A stretch of 64,000 bases of DNA from Macrostomum hystrix. Lineage: Eukaryota > Animalia > Platyhelminthes. Below are positions 45,565 to 58,845 of the stretch, piece after piece. Under the pieces are notes generated by a model. The model was not told where the DNA came from. It was given only the letters and a program-made list of their open reading frames with translations, and made no database searches. The position numbers and the translations under genes were made by a program. The DNA is taken from NCBI GenBank assembly GCA_950097015.1, contig CATNEN010000001.1:19902001-19966000 (forward strand), written 5' to 3'. Numbering within the stretch: the first letter of the stretch is position 1; every line of letters begins with the position of its first letter.

Positions 45565-46579
45565 CTTGTAAAAGGCCCACCCATTTTAGTGGGGGTAATT
45601 GGAATCCGGGGAACGAACACAGACTCTCCTCTGCCAGATCCAGTCATTATCGTGGCCTCAATCACGTGTGGGAAGACCCGCCTGACTATCAGTCTGGTGC
45701 CGTTACACAGCCTTGGCGCATTCAGGTTGCGGAGGAGCATAATTGGTGCCCCAACTTTCAGCTGCAAGTTGTGCGATGGAGTTCCAGGAGGATCTAGAGA
45801 GTTCAGAAACTCAACAGGATACTCCACAGCGGTGTCATCAGTCAACGTTGTATCAATTGACTTGTAAGTGAAAACTGCACCTGGCAACTCCTGAAGCAGT
45901 TGGTAGTTAATTTCGTTGGCGGCATCATTTCTAGGACACAGAATTGCCCTCTCTGACAGCCAGTCAACGCCAGCCTCTGGAGAGAAATATCGACCGGAGA
46001 GCCCTGCGCACTGGGACGCCACCGCACTCACCGCACTCAGTCTCAGTGCTGCTTGGGGGCCAGTAGACAGTCTAGGGGTTTGGGCTGTGTACATTCACGG
46101 CTTGAAATACAATGTACAGTCTGGGGCTTCGGCGCCCGGGGAAGGGAGGGGGTGGCTGTAATAAAATTTGGCCCGCAGAGTGCCGGAGGGGAGTTGGGGT
46201 GGCTGTCCTCGGAAAACAAAAAGTGACTCACTTTGAGATGATGCAGCTTTGCTCTGGATTGAGTAGAGATGTTCAAAATTGACAGCATTTTTGGAAAACA
46301 TGTAAAGTGTAAGTGGATCACATTTGGAGAAAATCTGACAAAGTGGGGCGACGATATGTCGAATTGAGTGATTTTTTGACGATTTTTGAGCAGTTTTTTG
46401 CACTTTTGAGCAGGAAGGAAATGATTTTTCGGGAATTTGAGTAGCCTATTGCACTCAGCGTAGGTGGTTTTAGGTATGTGCAAAGTTTGGTGCGATTTGG
46501 TTGAGCGGTTTCGGCGTCTATAAGGACAAAAGGTTGCACACACACACACACACAGAGTTTTCACTTTTATAGATATAGA
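45565..46579 (-). mobile_element. Internally deleted Helitron containing a PIF1 helicase fragment (~45565-45990)
   Basis: A|TCTATATCTATAAAAG 5' end at 46579 with (TG)n. 'WLSERAILCPRN..YPVEFLNSL..LKVGAPIMLLRNLNAPRLCNGTRL..VFVPRI' is Helitron-type PIF1. Confidence 0.88.
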
Positions 46580-46903
46580 TACGGCGCCCACCTGTCATAC
46601 GACCACGCTGAATTCACCTCCACTGCAGAAGCTGGCTTGTCCCACTTGAAGTGCAAGTTCTTTGTGCATTTTTCCTCTCCAACAACTTTCCTCCATGCAG
46701 AAATTGTAGCTCTTCCTTGATATGTATTTCCCATTGCAGAAAGTCAAAAGAGCCCTCATGTCCTCTCATGTTCCTCAATGGCATAGGGTAAAAATCCAGG
46801 ATACACTTGCATTCCTATGACACCGCTCCACCAGCTGGGCGTTTCGGCTGGGATATGCTCGTAGGGGACATGTTTGCATGCAATTTAAAAAGCGTATACG
46901 ATC

Positions 46904-47542
46904 TTACGGGCAATCGATCATTTCAACTTCGTCAGTTCGTTGTCTCATGAATCGTATCCTCGCCTCCTCTAGACGGGCTTGTCTGGCAGCCTCCGACTCG
47001 TTCGCTCGCCGGTCAGCAGCACGTTGCTTATCCTCATCCAGACGGGCTTGTCTGGCAGCCTCCGACTCGTTCGCTCGCCGGTCCGCAGCACGTTGCATTT
47101 CCTCATCTAGACGGGCCTGTCGGGCAGCCTCCGACTCGTTCGCTCGACGGTCAGCGGCACGCTGCAAATCCTCCTCTTGACGGGCCTGTCGGGCAGCCTC
47201 CGACTCGTTCGCTCGACGGTCAGCGGCACGCTGCAAATCCTCCTCTTGACGGGCCTGTCGGGCAGCCTCCGACTCGTTCGCTCGACGGTCAGCGGCACGC
47301 TGCAAATCCTCCTCTTGACGAGCCTGTCGGGCAGCCTCCGACTCGATCGCTCGACGGTCAGCAGTGCGTTTCCTTTCCTCCTCCAGTCGTGCTTGTCGGG
47401 CAACACAAGATTCGGCCTCCCGGTTTTTCCGCATTGATTGACGCTGGGCTTCCATGCGCTCTTCCTCCTGCTGCTGGCTCTCATTTCTGCGACGCTGCTT
47501 CGCTTCGCGACTCTTCTGTGCTGTGCTCTTCCGCTTTGCCAT
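46904..47542 (-). pseudogene. Helitron RepHel N-terminal repeat region (20-aa units ARQARQEEDLQRAADRRANES), truncated
   Basis: Charged 60-bp repeats typical of animal Helitron RepHel N-termini. Lies downstream of a Helitron-like 5' end at 49840 (TCATATAACTAAAG plus (TCTG)n). Confidence 0.65.
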
Positions 47543-48094
47543 GGTATAAATAATTGAAGTAAATTGAAAAAATGAAAACTAAACTGATGAAATGTGAGTG
47601 GAATGTGGGAGTGATTGAAGTGAGAGAGAGAGAGTTGGCAGTATTTGGTAGAAGAGAGTGCCTATTATATAACCCGCTGGTTAAGCCATGTACATTTAGA
47701 AGTGTACATTTCGAGGCTTTAGCGCACGCATTGCACATTATGTAAAGTAGGTCAGCGGGCTACTGGAGAAAATTGGCCACCTCTCTACACTTCACACCTC
47801 TCCACACCTCCTCGTCCAGGGGCTAAGAAATCCAACCAGCCCTCCCTTCTCTGCACAAGATACAAAATCAGTCAGCTCATCATCAAAAGTCATCATCATC
47901 ACCCACAGACATCTTCCAACATCACCCGCATACACAATGCAAAATCACCCACCGACACACTGCAACATCAACCACAGACATCTAGCAACATCACCCACAT
48001 ACACCTTGCAATATCACTCACAGACACCTTGCAACGTCACCCACAGACTCACTGCACATCAACCACAGACATCACAGACAACCAGCCAACATTT

Positions 48095-49100
48095 GATTAG
48101 TCAAAACCAACTTCGAATAGTCAAAACACACTTCGAATAGTCAAAACCAACTTTGAATGCTCCGAAACACTCTTCGAATAGTCAAAACCAGCATTGAATT
48201 GTCAAAACCAACATTGAATTGTCAAAACCAACATTGAATTGTCCAAGCCAACTTCGAATGTTTAGAAACACTCTTAGAATGGTCAAAACACTCTTCGAAT
48301 GGTCAAAACACTATTCGAATAGTCAATACCATATTCGAACAGTCAAAAACCATATTCGAATAGTCAAAACCAACTTTGAATGCTCCGAAACACTCTTCGA
48401 ATAGTCAAAACCAGCATTGAATAGTCAAAACCATCTTCGAACAGTCAAAAACCACATTCGAATAGTCAAAACCAGCATTGAATAGTCAAAACCAACATTG
48501 AATTGTCAAAACCAACATTGAAATGTCAAAACCAACATTGAATTGTCAAAACCAACATTGAATTGTCAAAACCAACATTGAATTGTCAAAACCAACATTG
48601 AATTGTCAAAGCCAACTTTGAATGTTTAGAAACACTCTTCGAATGGTCAAAACACTCTTCGAATGGTCAAAACACTCTTCGAATGGTCAAAACACTCTTC
48701 TAATGGTCAAAACACTCTTCGAATGGTCAAAACACTCTTCGAATGGTCAAAACACTCTTCGAATGGTCAAAACACTCTTCGAATGGTCAAAACACTCTTC
48801 GAATGGTCAAAACACTCTTCGAATGGTCAAAACACTCTTCGAATGGTCAAAACACTCTTCGAATGGTCAAAACACTCTTCGAACAGTCAAAAACCATATT
48901 CGAATAGTCAAAACCAACTTCGAATGCTCCGAAGCACTCTTCGAATAGTCAAAACCAACTTCGAATATTCAAAACCAACTTCGAGTGCTTCGAAACACTC
49001 TTCGAATAGTCAAAACCATCTTCGTATAGTGAAAACTAACTTTGAATGCTTCGAAACACTCTTCGAATAGTCAAAGCCAACTTCGAATTGTCAAAATCGT
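48095..49100 (+). repeat. 20-bp minisatellite (cgaatggtcaaaacactctt)n and variants
   Basis: Direct tandem repeats. Confidence 0.95.
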
Positions 49101-49840
49101 CAATACTTAGGGCACTGGAATTCAGACAAAGGCAACTCTTCAAAAAATGGCAGTTTAACAGAGAACAGTTGCTTCCAAAGTCTAAACATAATTTCAGCAA
49201 AAAAGAGCGATTCCAACCACACAGACACTCAAGTAGTAAGTAGCATCGCCACGAGAAGGTGGTTTATTGTCTGCCGCAATGCAGACTCGAGCCGCCAACC
49301 TTACGCCTAGTCTAAGCCTAACCCTAGTGCCTAAAAACGCGGCTGTTCCGCCTTTTGATTGATTTCAATGCACAAAAAACAACTATATATATTTCATCTC
49401 CCACTGCAGTGACAGCCGGCCCGTTGAGAGTGTACATTGAAATCAGTCAGCCAGGGGTACACTTGCCTTTGCACATTGCCAGTGAGCCAACAAACCCTCA
49501 TTCCTCTCTGCACTGCACACAAATCAGCCTAGCTGGAATGAAATACATGGGCCAGATAGGCCGGAATGCTGATGCAACCTCAATCAAGTTGGCCAAATTG
49601 GCAGTCAGGAAGCCTTTCCTTCAACTGACCACGGAAATTCCGTGGCAAAAAGCAGCTTTTCGCAAATTAAACAGCTTTAGAATTGTCAGAATTGTTAGCA
49701 AAATCTGCCACATCACCGCCGGAAAATTTGCAAACTAACAGTGCAAGTCCTGTCAAGATTGGTCTTGTGGTTCACTCTAAAACGTGAACTTCACAAACAG
49801 ACAGACAGACAAACAGACAAAGTCAACTTTAGTTATATGA

Positions 49841-51141
49841 CTCAGTCTCGCTGTTGGTTGTGTACATTTATTTCCAATTTGTCTCCAGAGTGCAGGCTTC
49901 AAATTCAATCAGCTAGGGGTTGCTGCGCAATTTGACGATGCAATTCTAATTCAGGCGCAGTGAGTAAAATTCTCAGTAGGCCAAGATAGTTTGACCTTTG
50001 AAAAAATAGGTCAAAAATCATGTTTTTCGAATATTTAATCCCCTTAGCAATAAAGTTAAGCTTAATAATAATACGTTAGTTAAGCTAAATCATTATTTTC
50101 CCAATATTTGGCATCTTTTGGTGAAGAAATGGTGAAAATCGGTTGAGCCGTTCGGGAGAAAATCAATTACAAGCAAGTAACCAGCCATTTCATTTTTAGT
50201 ATATAAGATTTGCCCCCCTTCGGGGAGCCGAAATCTTTTAAATTTGTCTAGTATATACTTCTTGGGAGCTGTATTTTCAGCTTTTTTAAAGATACAATGA
50301 TCCCGCAGTTGAAAATGATCCCCTAGTTGGCAATGATCCCCCATTTGAAGATGAGTCCTCATTGATGATGATCACCCAGTTGACAATGATCCCCCAGTTA
50401 ACAAATGAGAGAGCTTGTATCATGGCTAAACCAGAGTCTGAATCATGGCTAACCCAGAGTTTGAATCATGGCAAAACCAGAGTTTGAATCATGGCTAAAC
50501 CAGAGTTTGAATCATGGCTAAACCAGAGTCTGAATTATGGCTAAACCAGCGTTTGAATTGTGGCAAAAAAGAGTTTAAATCATGGCTAAACCAGAGTCTG
50601 CATCATAGCCAACCAGAGTTTGAATCATGGCAAATTTTTTTTGTCATTGAATTGAAATCTCGACATTTTCAGTTTGTTATATCATAACGTCAGTGATATA
50701 TATTTGTATGATAAATATTTTGCTTAATATTCATTAAAATGTTGTTCTTCTCAATTTTCTACAAAAGAAGTTAATATAAAAATTCAACTGGGCAACATTG
50801 TCAACTGGGCATCATCCTCAATGGGGAGTTATCATCAAATGGGGGATCATTGTCAACTGGGGTATCATTGTCAACTGGGGGATCATTGTCAACTGGGGGA
50901 TCATCATTAACTGGGGGATCATTGTCAACTTGGGGAACATTGTCAACTGGGGATCATTGTCAACTGGAGGATTATTGTCAACTGAAGGAACATGTTAACT
51001 GGGGATCATCATCAATGGGGAGTCATCATCAACTGGGGGATCAATGTAGAATTAAAAAGCTGTAAATTCAGCTGCTTAAAAGTATATAATAGACGAATTA
51101 AAAATATTTTTGCTCCCCGAAGGGGGGGCAAAACTTGCTAG
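49841..51141. mobile_element. Rearranged pieces of the satellite-bearing Helitron: inverted core and 3' end (49841-50400) plus forward 3' half (50418-51141)
   Basis: Reverse complement of the 3.7-4.05 kb core, short 18-bp and 23-bp arrays, hairpin plus CTAG at 51141. Confidence 0.8.
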
Positions 51142-51207
51142 TAATGCACTAAAAGTTTCATCCGTGAATGAGCAAACTGGCAATAAGGAAATTCTGCAAC
51201 TTACAAT

Positions 51208-51833
51208 TGTTGTACCTGTGGTAGCGTGGCACACACAAATGGTGAAAATAACCAAGACAGAAACTAGATTCAGAGAGGAAAGTATGCGGCCTCAACACTG
51301 GTGCTTCGTCGCAGTGGAAGCAACCCGGTAGTCAGGCTCCGATTGCTAAGTAATATCGTGCTTTCCTTGTTCGGACTACGTCCTGTTAGCTCCTGTGGAC
51401 CTTACACTCAAACGGGCTATACACAATGCTTCTAAATGCTATGTTTAGCCTAGTTTGGCAATAAATTGAGAAAGTCCCAAGAGGCAAACGGCATGAAGAA
51501 CTCGAGACTGAAAGGTGCTAGCAAAGTAAAGAAGTTGTGCTACCATAATGCTAACACAACCCAGCGTATTCGTCAGACTGTGCTCTACTTATAGTAGGAG
51601 CATTCGAGCGATATTCTGCCAGTCTTCTTCCGAACCGAAGCGATTGCACCATGGCGTGCAATGTGACTCAGTGCGCAGACAGAGCTGGAACGAGAGAGAA
51701 AGAGGAGGGGGTGGCGAGCGGAGGTGAATGTGCACGGGAAACACAAGCTACCTACACCCCAGCCCTCCCACAGACCTAGAACAGCCTGACTCACGGATTG
51801 TCTGGAGGCTGCTCAGCAGTCTACAGCACATCA
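51208..51833 (-). mobile_element. Solo LTR, family A, with 4-bp TSD CAAT
   Basis: caat|TGTTGTACC...CAGCACATCA|caat. Confidence 0.9.
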
Positions 51834-52039
51834 CAATACATAGATATAGATCGATTAAAGTCAGGAAAAAGCAAATGATGTTGGTAATTTTACATTTGGA
51901 GCTGAAATTGTGAATTGTTCAATATAAAATTGGCTGCAAAATTATTGTTGACGGAGATGCGGGTCAAACCTTCGTGAGTACTCATCAATTACTTGGTTGT
52001 AGTTAAGTGGGACGTCTTTATGAACAGCCAGCTAGGTGA

Positions 52040-52530
52040 TTCCATTCAGGCCACGGTCACCCATGGTCGATCGGTTGTGTCTTTAGAAGACGCAGGGTAC
52101 CGAATGACCTTTCAGCAGTGCATGTCGTCACTGGAGTTGTAAGGAAGTTCGTCAGCAGCTTGCAGATGTTTGGCTACAAGCTCCCATTACACCGCTAGGT
52201 TGTATCTGAGATGCTTATGGCATTTTGTTCAGCTTGAGGCAAGTCATAGCAGAATGCTTGCCAACGTTCAAATTCTGTCTGGCAGGTACGTCAAGAAATA
52301 CGCCATACTCCTCAAGCGTTTCTGCTGCCATATCGGTAACTTTAGTAGAGTCAATGTCTGTACAATTGACAGACAGCAGCTTCGACATTCGCATGGCAAC
52401 CTTGGCAGGCTTTGAAAAGCGCTCACCAAGCTCATTGATGATAGGATCAAGAGCTGGATACCAGACATTTAGCTTGAATGTATCAGAAGCTTGAGCATTG
52501 CTACGATGTTGGCTGCGATTTGATGCCAAT
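52040..52530 (-). pseudogene. hAT transposase C-terminal dimerisation-domain remnant (ZMYM1/P52rIPK-like)
   Basis: 'FKLNVWYPALDPIINELGERF' and, after disruption, 'PNICKLLTNFLTTPVTTCTAERSFGTLRLLKT'. Confidence 0.8.
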
Positions 52531-53764
52531 AGACGGTACTTTTATGGAATTGGTTGATCTCCATGGTGCTTTCTGTGGAGCTTCTCTGTCGTGGTAAATA
52601 CTCTCTTGAACTTGACATCGCTATCATCACTGTGCCAAGCCTTTAAGAGGCGCAAAACGCGATTAGACTTCTAACAGGCAGCAACGCGATAAATGGCCTT
52701 TCCTTGAAATTTCGATTTTGAATTTATAAATAACGCAGGTTTTTAAAATGGCTGCACTCGGTTTGGACACGACTGGATGCCAGTTGGAGTTACCCTGGAT
52801 TGTTTCTCCAGAGTAAGTATAAGGCGGGCCGTACAAAATATTTTTCGAGGTTCAGCACGGCCGTTGGTGTGATGGCGTGAAGCGAGAGGCAGGATGTCAG
52901 TTGTGAGAGTGGTGAGTAGATCGTTGGCGATGTCTTTCAAAGGCGTGAGGATAATAGGCGATAGGACATGAGTTTCCGATGAGGAGCTTTGAGAAGAAAC
53001 CTTTGGTTGAGATGAGAGGATGATCTGGAGGAGGCTTGAGTTTGCGAACGTGGCTTTAGTGTTCGCATTGGCCGATTGTCGCTGTCGCTTGTCCTTTTGG
53101 TGTTGGTTCTGGTATTGGGTCTGCTGCTGCTGTTTTTGCGCGTTCCTATTTTTTTGCTGCATGTCTATATATTCTATTCTATTTTATTGGTTATAAATAA
53201 AAATATAACGGTATAAAACTGGATATACTACTTAAAACTAAAAAATGCAAGACATTTTCCTTAAAACTTAATATTTGCTAATTGCTAAATGCTGGAGCGT
53301 CGATACAGCAGGTAGTGAAGAAAGATGCGAGGATACGGTGAATAAAGAATTGGTACTATAGTAAGAAATAGAGAAAAAAGAGAGGGGTCCAATTGCAGGC
53401 GATATGATTAGCTTACGCCGTGGAAGTACGCGTGGGAAAGCGTAGTCCACAGACAGGGGGCAAGTGGCGCGGACAGAGAGCAAGGGGCACAGCAAGGGGT
53501 GCGGCAAGGCGCAGGGGCAAGGGCCACAGCAAGGGGCGCGCAGCAGAGCGCAGGGGCAGGGTCAAGGGGCGCAGCAAGGCGCAGGGGCAGGGGGGCAAGG
53601 GGCGCGGCAAGGCGCAGGGAGAGAGGGCTCCTCAAATGAGGAGAGAAAACAACCTCCTGATAGGAGGAGAGGGGAAACTAACCTAAGCCTAGGCCCTAAG
53701 GGAGGGTTACTCTCAAGAGTAGAAGATAGCTCGACAAGCACCTAAAACCGTACTAGAGAATGTA

Positions 53765-54713
53765 CACCATTTTACCCTCAATTTTGAACAACAGTAACTT
53801 CTATAGTAACAAACTCCACATCAATTTCGACAGTGTATCGCTTTGAGGGAAAAAAAATACATTCTATTTTGACAGCGTCAACTTCAATTTTGACAAAGTC
53901 TCATTCAATTTTGGCAAATCAGATTTTTAACCCCTGCTGTGCAAAATCTTGAAAAAAATCATGGCACGTGAGCAATGACCAGGTATTATGACATATGTGA
54001 GAATTCAGAAAGTTCTTTACATGTTTCTTTAGTTTAAAATGACCTATCCAGTCTGATTCTTTTTTCTGTTAGTTCAATGCAACAAGCTTAAGTCTGCCTA
54101 TCCCGATATCTTAAAAATCCTTTTTAAATTTAACAATCGCCGCTTCGAAAGTGACACTCTATGGTAAATTCTACGGAATCTCTGCTTCAATTTTGTCAAC
54201 TCCACTTCAGTATAGTTATATTTTTCTCCGTCACTTCAGTTCAGTCAAGCACCCCACTCGCTTCCACTGCGTCTGCTTTCCATACTCCATAATTTACAAA
54301 ACTTTAAATGATCGACGGGGACGTGGATTCAATGCTGGAAGTAGGGACTGAGGAAACCAACGAAACAATCGACGAACAACAGCAGCCAGCGGGATGCAGC
54401 CGGATTTCTGTTCGGGACAGACAGCGTCTCATTACAGCCCATCAGAACGGAGAGGACTTCGTACGCCTTGCGATACAATTGGGGATAAAGAGGACTACTG
54501 CATACGCCATTGTTCGATCCGGCAGGCAGGGGTTTGCACAGCAGGAGTTAAAAATCTGATTTGTCAAAATTGAATGAGACTTTGTCAAAATTGATGTTGA
54601 CGCTGTCAAAATAGAATGTAGTTTTTTTCCCTTAAAGCGATACACTGTCGAAATTGATGTGGAGTTTGTTACTATAGAAGTTACTGTTGTTCAAAATTGA
54701 GGGTAAAATGGTG
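53765..54713 (+). mobile_element. Internally deleted IS630/Tc1-mariner-type element with ~180-bp TIRs
   Basis: ta|CACCATTTTACCCTC...GAGGGTAAAATGGTG|ca. Internal ORF 54308-54559 has only the N-terminal HTH (RISVRDRQRLI...LAIQLGIKRTTAYAIVR). Confidence 0.88.
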
Positions 54714-54829
54714 CAGCTCTAGCTTGGAAACGGTACTATCTGGCTTTTTCTTGTCCCTCTGCACTTGGACGTGTGCCAACCAGAAAATGTGAGGAAGGTC
54801 GGGAGTTCGAAGCATGAAGAAAAACTATC

Positions 54830-56110
54830 CTATATGTGCAATCTAAAGTAGAGAAAGTCCACTGCCACAATGCTAACTCCATCCAGTGTTTCCGTCGGAC
54901 TGTGCTCTACTTATAGTAGGAGCATTTGAGCGATGTTCTGCCAGTCTTCTTCCGAACCGAAGCGATTGCACCATGGCGTGCAATATGAGTCAGTGCCCAG
55001 ACAGCTGGAACGAGAGAGAGAAAGATAGGGGGTGGTGAGCGGAGGTGAGTGTGCACGGGTAACCACAGACTTCCTATTCCCAAGCCCTCCTACAGCTCCA
55101 GGGCAGTGCTGACTCCACAGATTGCCTGGAGGCTGCTCAGCAGACTACAGCACATCATTCTTCTCCAGCTAAAGGATGACGGTCAACACCGGCTGGCCGT
55201 CAGCCGCACATAACAAAAACTCAGGTAAACACCTTATATTTCGCATCTTCTTTTTCTTCAATAAACCAATAACAAAACAAATCCATGATCTGGATATATA
55301 GTCACAGATACCTGTACGAAACAATTTGCTGGATAACAGAAACAGAAAAAGAAACAGAAACCAAGCACTACAACGAAAATAATCTACGGAACACCAGGAG
55401 TCTAACGGGATCACCCGGGCTCTTCAAAACCGCGCCATGCGCACCAGCGCCTCTGGATACCAGGCACACTCTACTAGCTCCACTATGGCCTGCCCATAGC
55501 GGGCCACCAGCTGGTGTGGTGTCCTGGCCGGGCCACCGACCATCTGTTCGGCTCAAGCCGCCGCCTCGTGGGCCATCTCTGCGTGGCCCTTTCCTCTTCT
55601 GCAAAGGCCTGTTGTACGGCGGCAGACCACCCATCGTCCACTTGGCCCCGAGCGGCACGTGCGAGAGATTTGGTCATCGCCTGGATGGCCGCCTCTCGCT
55701 CGGGAGCTCTAAAGCCCCATTTGGCGCGTCGTTGTCTGCGCCTGTAGGCGCCCCCTCTGCGTCGTCTCGGCCTCGCCGCTGCTCCCGCCTACTCGCCGGA
55801 CGAGGAGCTTGGCGGTGGGGGTAGCTCGAATATCGGTTGGGCCGCAGGGCCTTCCACCTCCAGAGGCTTCTCGTGGTCGGTCTCATCATCTGCAGGCATG
55901 CCCTCCTGCGTAGATAGGTCCTCATCGGGGTCAACCTGGCCCGGTGGGACATTTACTATACGCCCCTCTGTACGCCCCACTATGCGCCTTCCCACCAGGC
56001 ACCGGTGGGTGGGCGTATAGTGGGGCGTACAGCGGGGCGCTGGTGGCCCACCAGTGTGGGGCGCGAGTTGGGGTGGGTGGGGGGTAAATAAAATTCGGGG
56101 CACATCCTCA
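54830..56110 (-). mobile_element. Truncated 3' end of an LTR retrotransposon: family A LTR (to 55157), polypurine tract and degenerate internal sequence
   Basis: 54830-55157 is homologous to family A. The minus strand reads ggagaagaa|TGATGTGCTG. Broken GC-rich ORFs lie upstream. Confidence 0.6.
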
Positions 56111-56162
56111 AAATCTACTGTTAGTAGGATGTGTTGTATTTTTTGAGCGCAGTAATTAATCG

Positions 56163-56612
56163 ACCATTTTCAACTGGGGGATAATTGTCAACTGGGGGAT
56201 CATTGTCAACTGGGGGATTATTGTCAACTGGGGATCATGGTCAACTTGGGGATCATGGTCAACTGGGGGATCATCATCAACTGGGGGATCATGGTCAACT
56301 TGGGGATCATTGTCAACTGGGGGATCATTGTCAAGTGGGGGATCATCATCAACTGGGGGATCATCGAATAGGGGATCATTGTCAACTGGGGATCATCATC
56401 AATGGGTAGTCATCATCAAATGGAGGATCCTGGTCAACTGGGGGATCATGGTCAACTGGGGGATCATGGTCAACTGGGGGATGATTGTCAACTGGGGGAT
56501 TATTGTCAACTGGGGGACCATTGTCAACTGAGGGGTCATTGTCAACTGGGGGGTCATTGTCAACTGGGGGATCATTGTCAACTGAGAGATCATTGTCAAC
56601 TGGGGGATCTTT
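56163..56612 (+). repeat. 18-bp minisatellite of the Helitron family
   Basis: Same unit and same downstream tail (aaaaagctgaaa...cagctgctaaaaag). Confidence 0.93.
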
Positions 56613-56677
56613 GTAGCTGTAAAAAAGCTGAAAATTATACAGCTGCTAAAAAGCATTTACTGGACAAGAATTAAAAA

Positions 56678-56850
56678 TAGGGTGAGAGGGAGATCAGTAG
56701 GTTGAGAGGGAGAGCAGTAGGGTGAGAGGGAGAGCAGTAGGGTCAGAGGGAGATCAGTAGGGTGAGAGGGAGAGCAGTAGGGTGAGAGGGAGAGCAGTAG
56801 GGTGAGAGGGAGATCAGTAGAGTGAGAGGGAGAGCAGTAGGGTGAGAGGA
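56678..56850 (+). repeat. 20-bp purine-rich tandem repeat (tagggtgagaggggagagcag-like)
   Basis: About eight units. Confidence 0.9.
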
Positions 56851-57086
56851 AGTGTGGTAGTTAGATGCAGTAGATTTCGCAGGAATCCGAGTTGAGTTGT
56901 ATTTACGAATGTTCCCAGGTGTACAGGGAAGTCAGTTATTTAAAGTTTTAATTAATTTTATAAATGCCATTAATGACATGATAAGTCAGAGAGATCAAAG
57001 AAAAGAATTTAAATTTTTAGTTTCGCATTAGTAGATTAGTATTTACCAACAATTAGCTATTAAAACTGAACATTGCCCAATCTCAG

Positions 57087-57391
57087 ACAGGAATTTTCGG
57101 CTGTGGGAGTTTCTGTACCACTTACTCGAAACTCCGTCTGTCGCTGACCTGTCGCCACCATGCTTGCGCTGGGAGAACAAGCTGGAGGGCATTTTCCAAA
57201 TTGTAAACCCAACTGGCCTAGCAGAGGCCTGGAGCAGTCACAAGCGGCGGGACATGAGCTTTGAAACGATGAAGCGAGCGCTGAGGCATTACTACGAGGA
57301 CAAGCTTATCACCAAGACCCACCCAAGAGACAAGCACTTTTACATATTTCACTTGGACCACGAGAAAGTAAAACTTTTTTTAGAAAAATGA
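57087..57391 (+). CDS. ETS-domain transcription factor exon (terminal exon or gene fragment)
   Basis: In-frame RLWEFLYHLL...CLRWENKLEGIFQIVNPTGLAEAWSSHKRRDMSFETMKRALRHYY...YIF. Begins at an AG acceptor (57086 or 57090) with no upstream ATG. Confidence 0.88.
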
Positions 57392-58559
57392 CTTAGACAA
57401 AATGACACCCAAATCAGAAATCCCATAATTTAATTAATACCTCAGAAATCCCTACGTTGCCCTAGAAATCACATGATCCAGACAAGTAGACGATGACTCA
57501 GAATTACATCACGGATTGTCTGATTGTCAGTTGCGCTACTTCACTCATGTAAACAAGTATGAGATCTGAAATGTCCAGCTAGCGGTGTACTGCAGTATTA
57601 AATATGAATTGGGTTTCGTTTTTCTTGCTTTTTTATTTTAAGTGTAACACTGCCTGTGCTAGAATAAATACACCTGTGTTGACAGTCATTTTTTAATTCA
57701 CACGCTCGTTGCGAGGAGTTTTTTTGAGAACTAGCTAATTGTTGAGAGGTCCTCGAAGAAAATAATCTACCTTGTTTGCTTATGAGGTTTGTTTTTAGAT
57801 AAGGCACATTTGGGGGAATCTAGGCTGAACATGACATCTAAAACCACAGATAGGAATTCTAGAACAGAATTCATTTCACGAGTGAAGCGGGGATGCACAT
57901 TACCCAACAATACCCTAGAAATCACATGATCCAGACAATGACTCAGAATTAAAGTACGGATTGTCCGATTCTCAGTTGCGTTACTTCACTCATGAAAACT
58001 ATTTTTTCTTACGGATATGTTTTGTTCTGTTTTCTCGTGTTTTCTCATATTCCCCATGCATGACTTATCATCTGTAATTAAACCTTGATTTTGAAGACAT
58101 GTAATTAAGACAGACTGTTTCCTATAAAAGTATGAGATAACTACAAGTACTTGTAAATGCTATATAAATGCTACTTATAAATACTATAAATAAACTAATT
58201 GTTGCTGCACATTATTTCATAAACTACAACAAACAAAACAAAAAGATATCCAACCTTGTTGCGAGCGCAGCCGTGGAACTCCATTGACATGACATGAGTC
58301 CGTGAAGGTCGCTGATCGTTATCTAACCTGCTAAACTCGGCCAGATACAGCTCGCCGGGATGCTGGGCCAACTGCTACTCAACGCTAAGTAGCTGATTGA
58401 ATTAGAATAGACACTAATATCAATGTCATCCGCAGCTTCCGTTTCTTGACACGCCTGACCGTGTACCAGGCGTCAGGTGTTCATGGAGAACGTCTGGAAA
58501 AAATATGGAATGTTTCAAAACCAATTTACATATTTATCTTTGTCTATAACGATTGCCTG

Positions 58560-58845
58560 TAATCAGATGGGAAGCATGCGAATCTTTTAAGTGAGCTAGC
58601 TTAAGGGTCGGAGAGTATATGTTGGAAGCAGCTTAGTATAAATGTTGGTTGAAATGAAAAAATGAACTTTTGCTACGAATTGTAGCAAACTCTTAGCTAC
58701 AAGGACACAGAGGTCAGATGGTAAGCATGCGAATCTTTTAAGTGTTAGCCAGCTTAAGGGTCGGAGTGTAAATGTTAGTAGCAGCTTAGTATAAATGTTA
58801 GTAGAAATGAAAAAATGTACTTTTGCTACGAATTGTAGCAAAGCA
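58560..58845 (+). repeat. ~153-bp tandem duplication
   Basis: tcagatgg.aagcatgcgaatcttttaagtg...ttttgctacgaattgtagcaaa occurs twice. Confidence 0.88.

Noticed and set aside
48219-49243. ORFs with MVKTLFEWSKHSSNGQNTLR repeats
   Set aside because: Translation of a 20-bp minisatellite.
52743-53745. Low-complexity ORFs on both strands
   Set aside because: Gln-rich and GC-repeat sequence with no identifiable domain. Probably TE internal debris.
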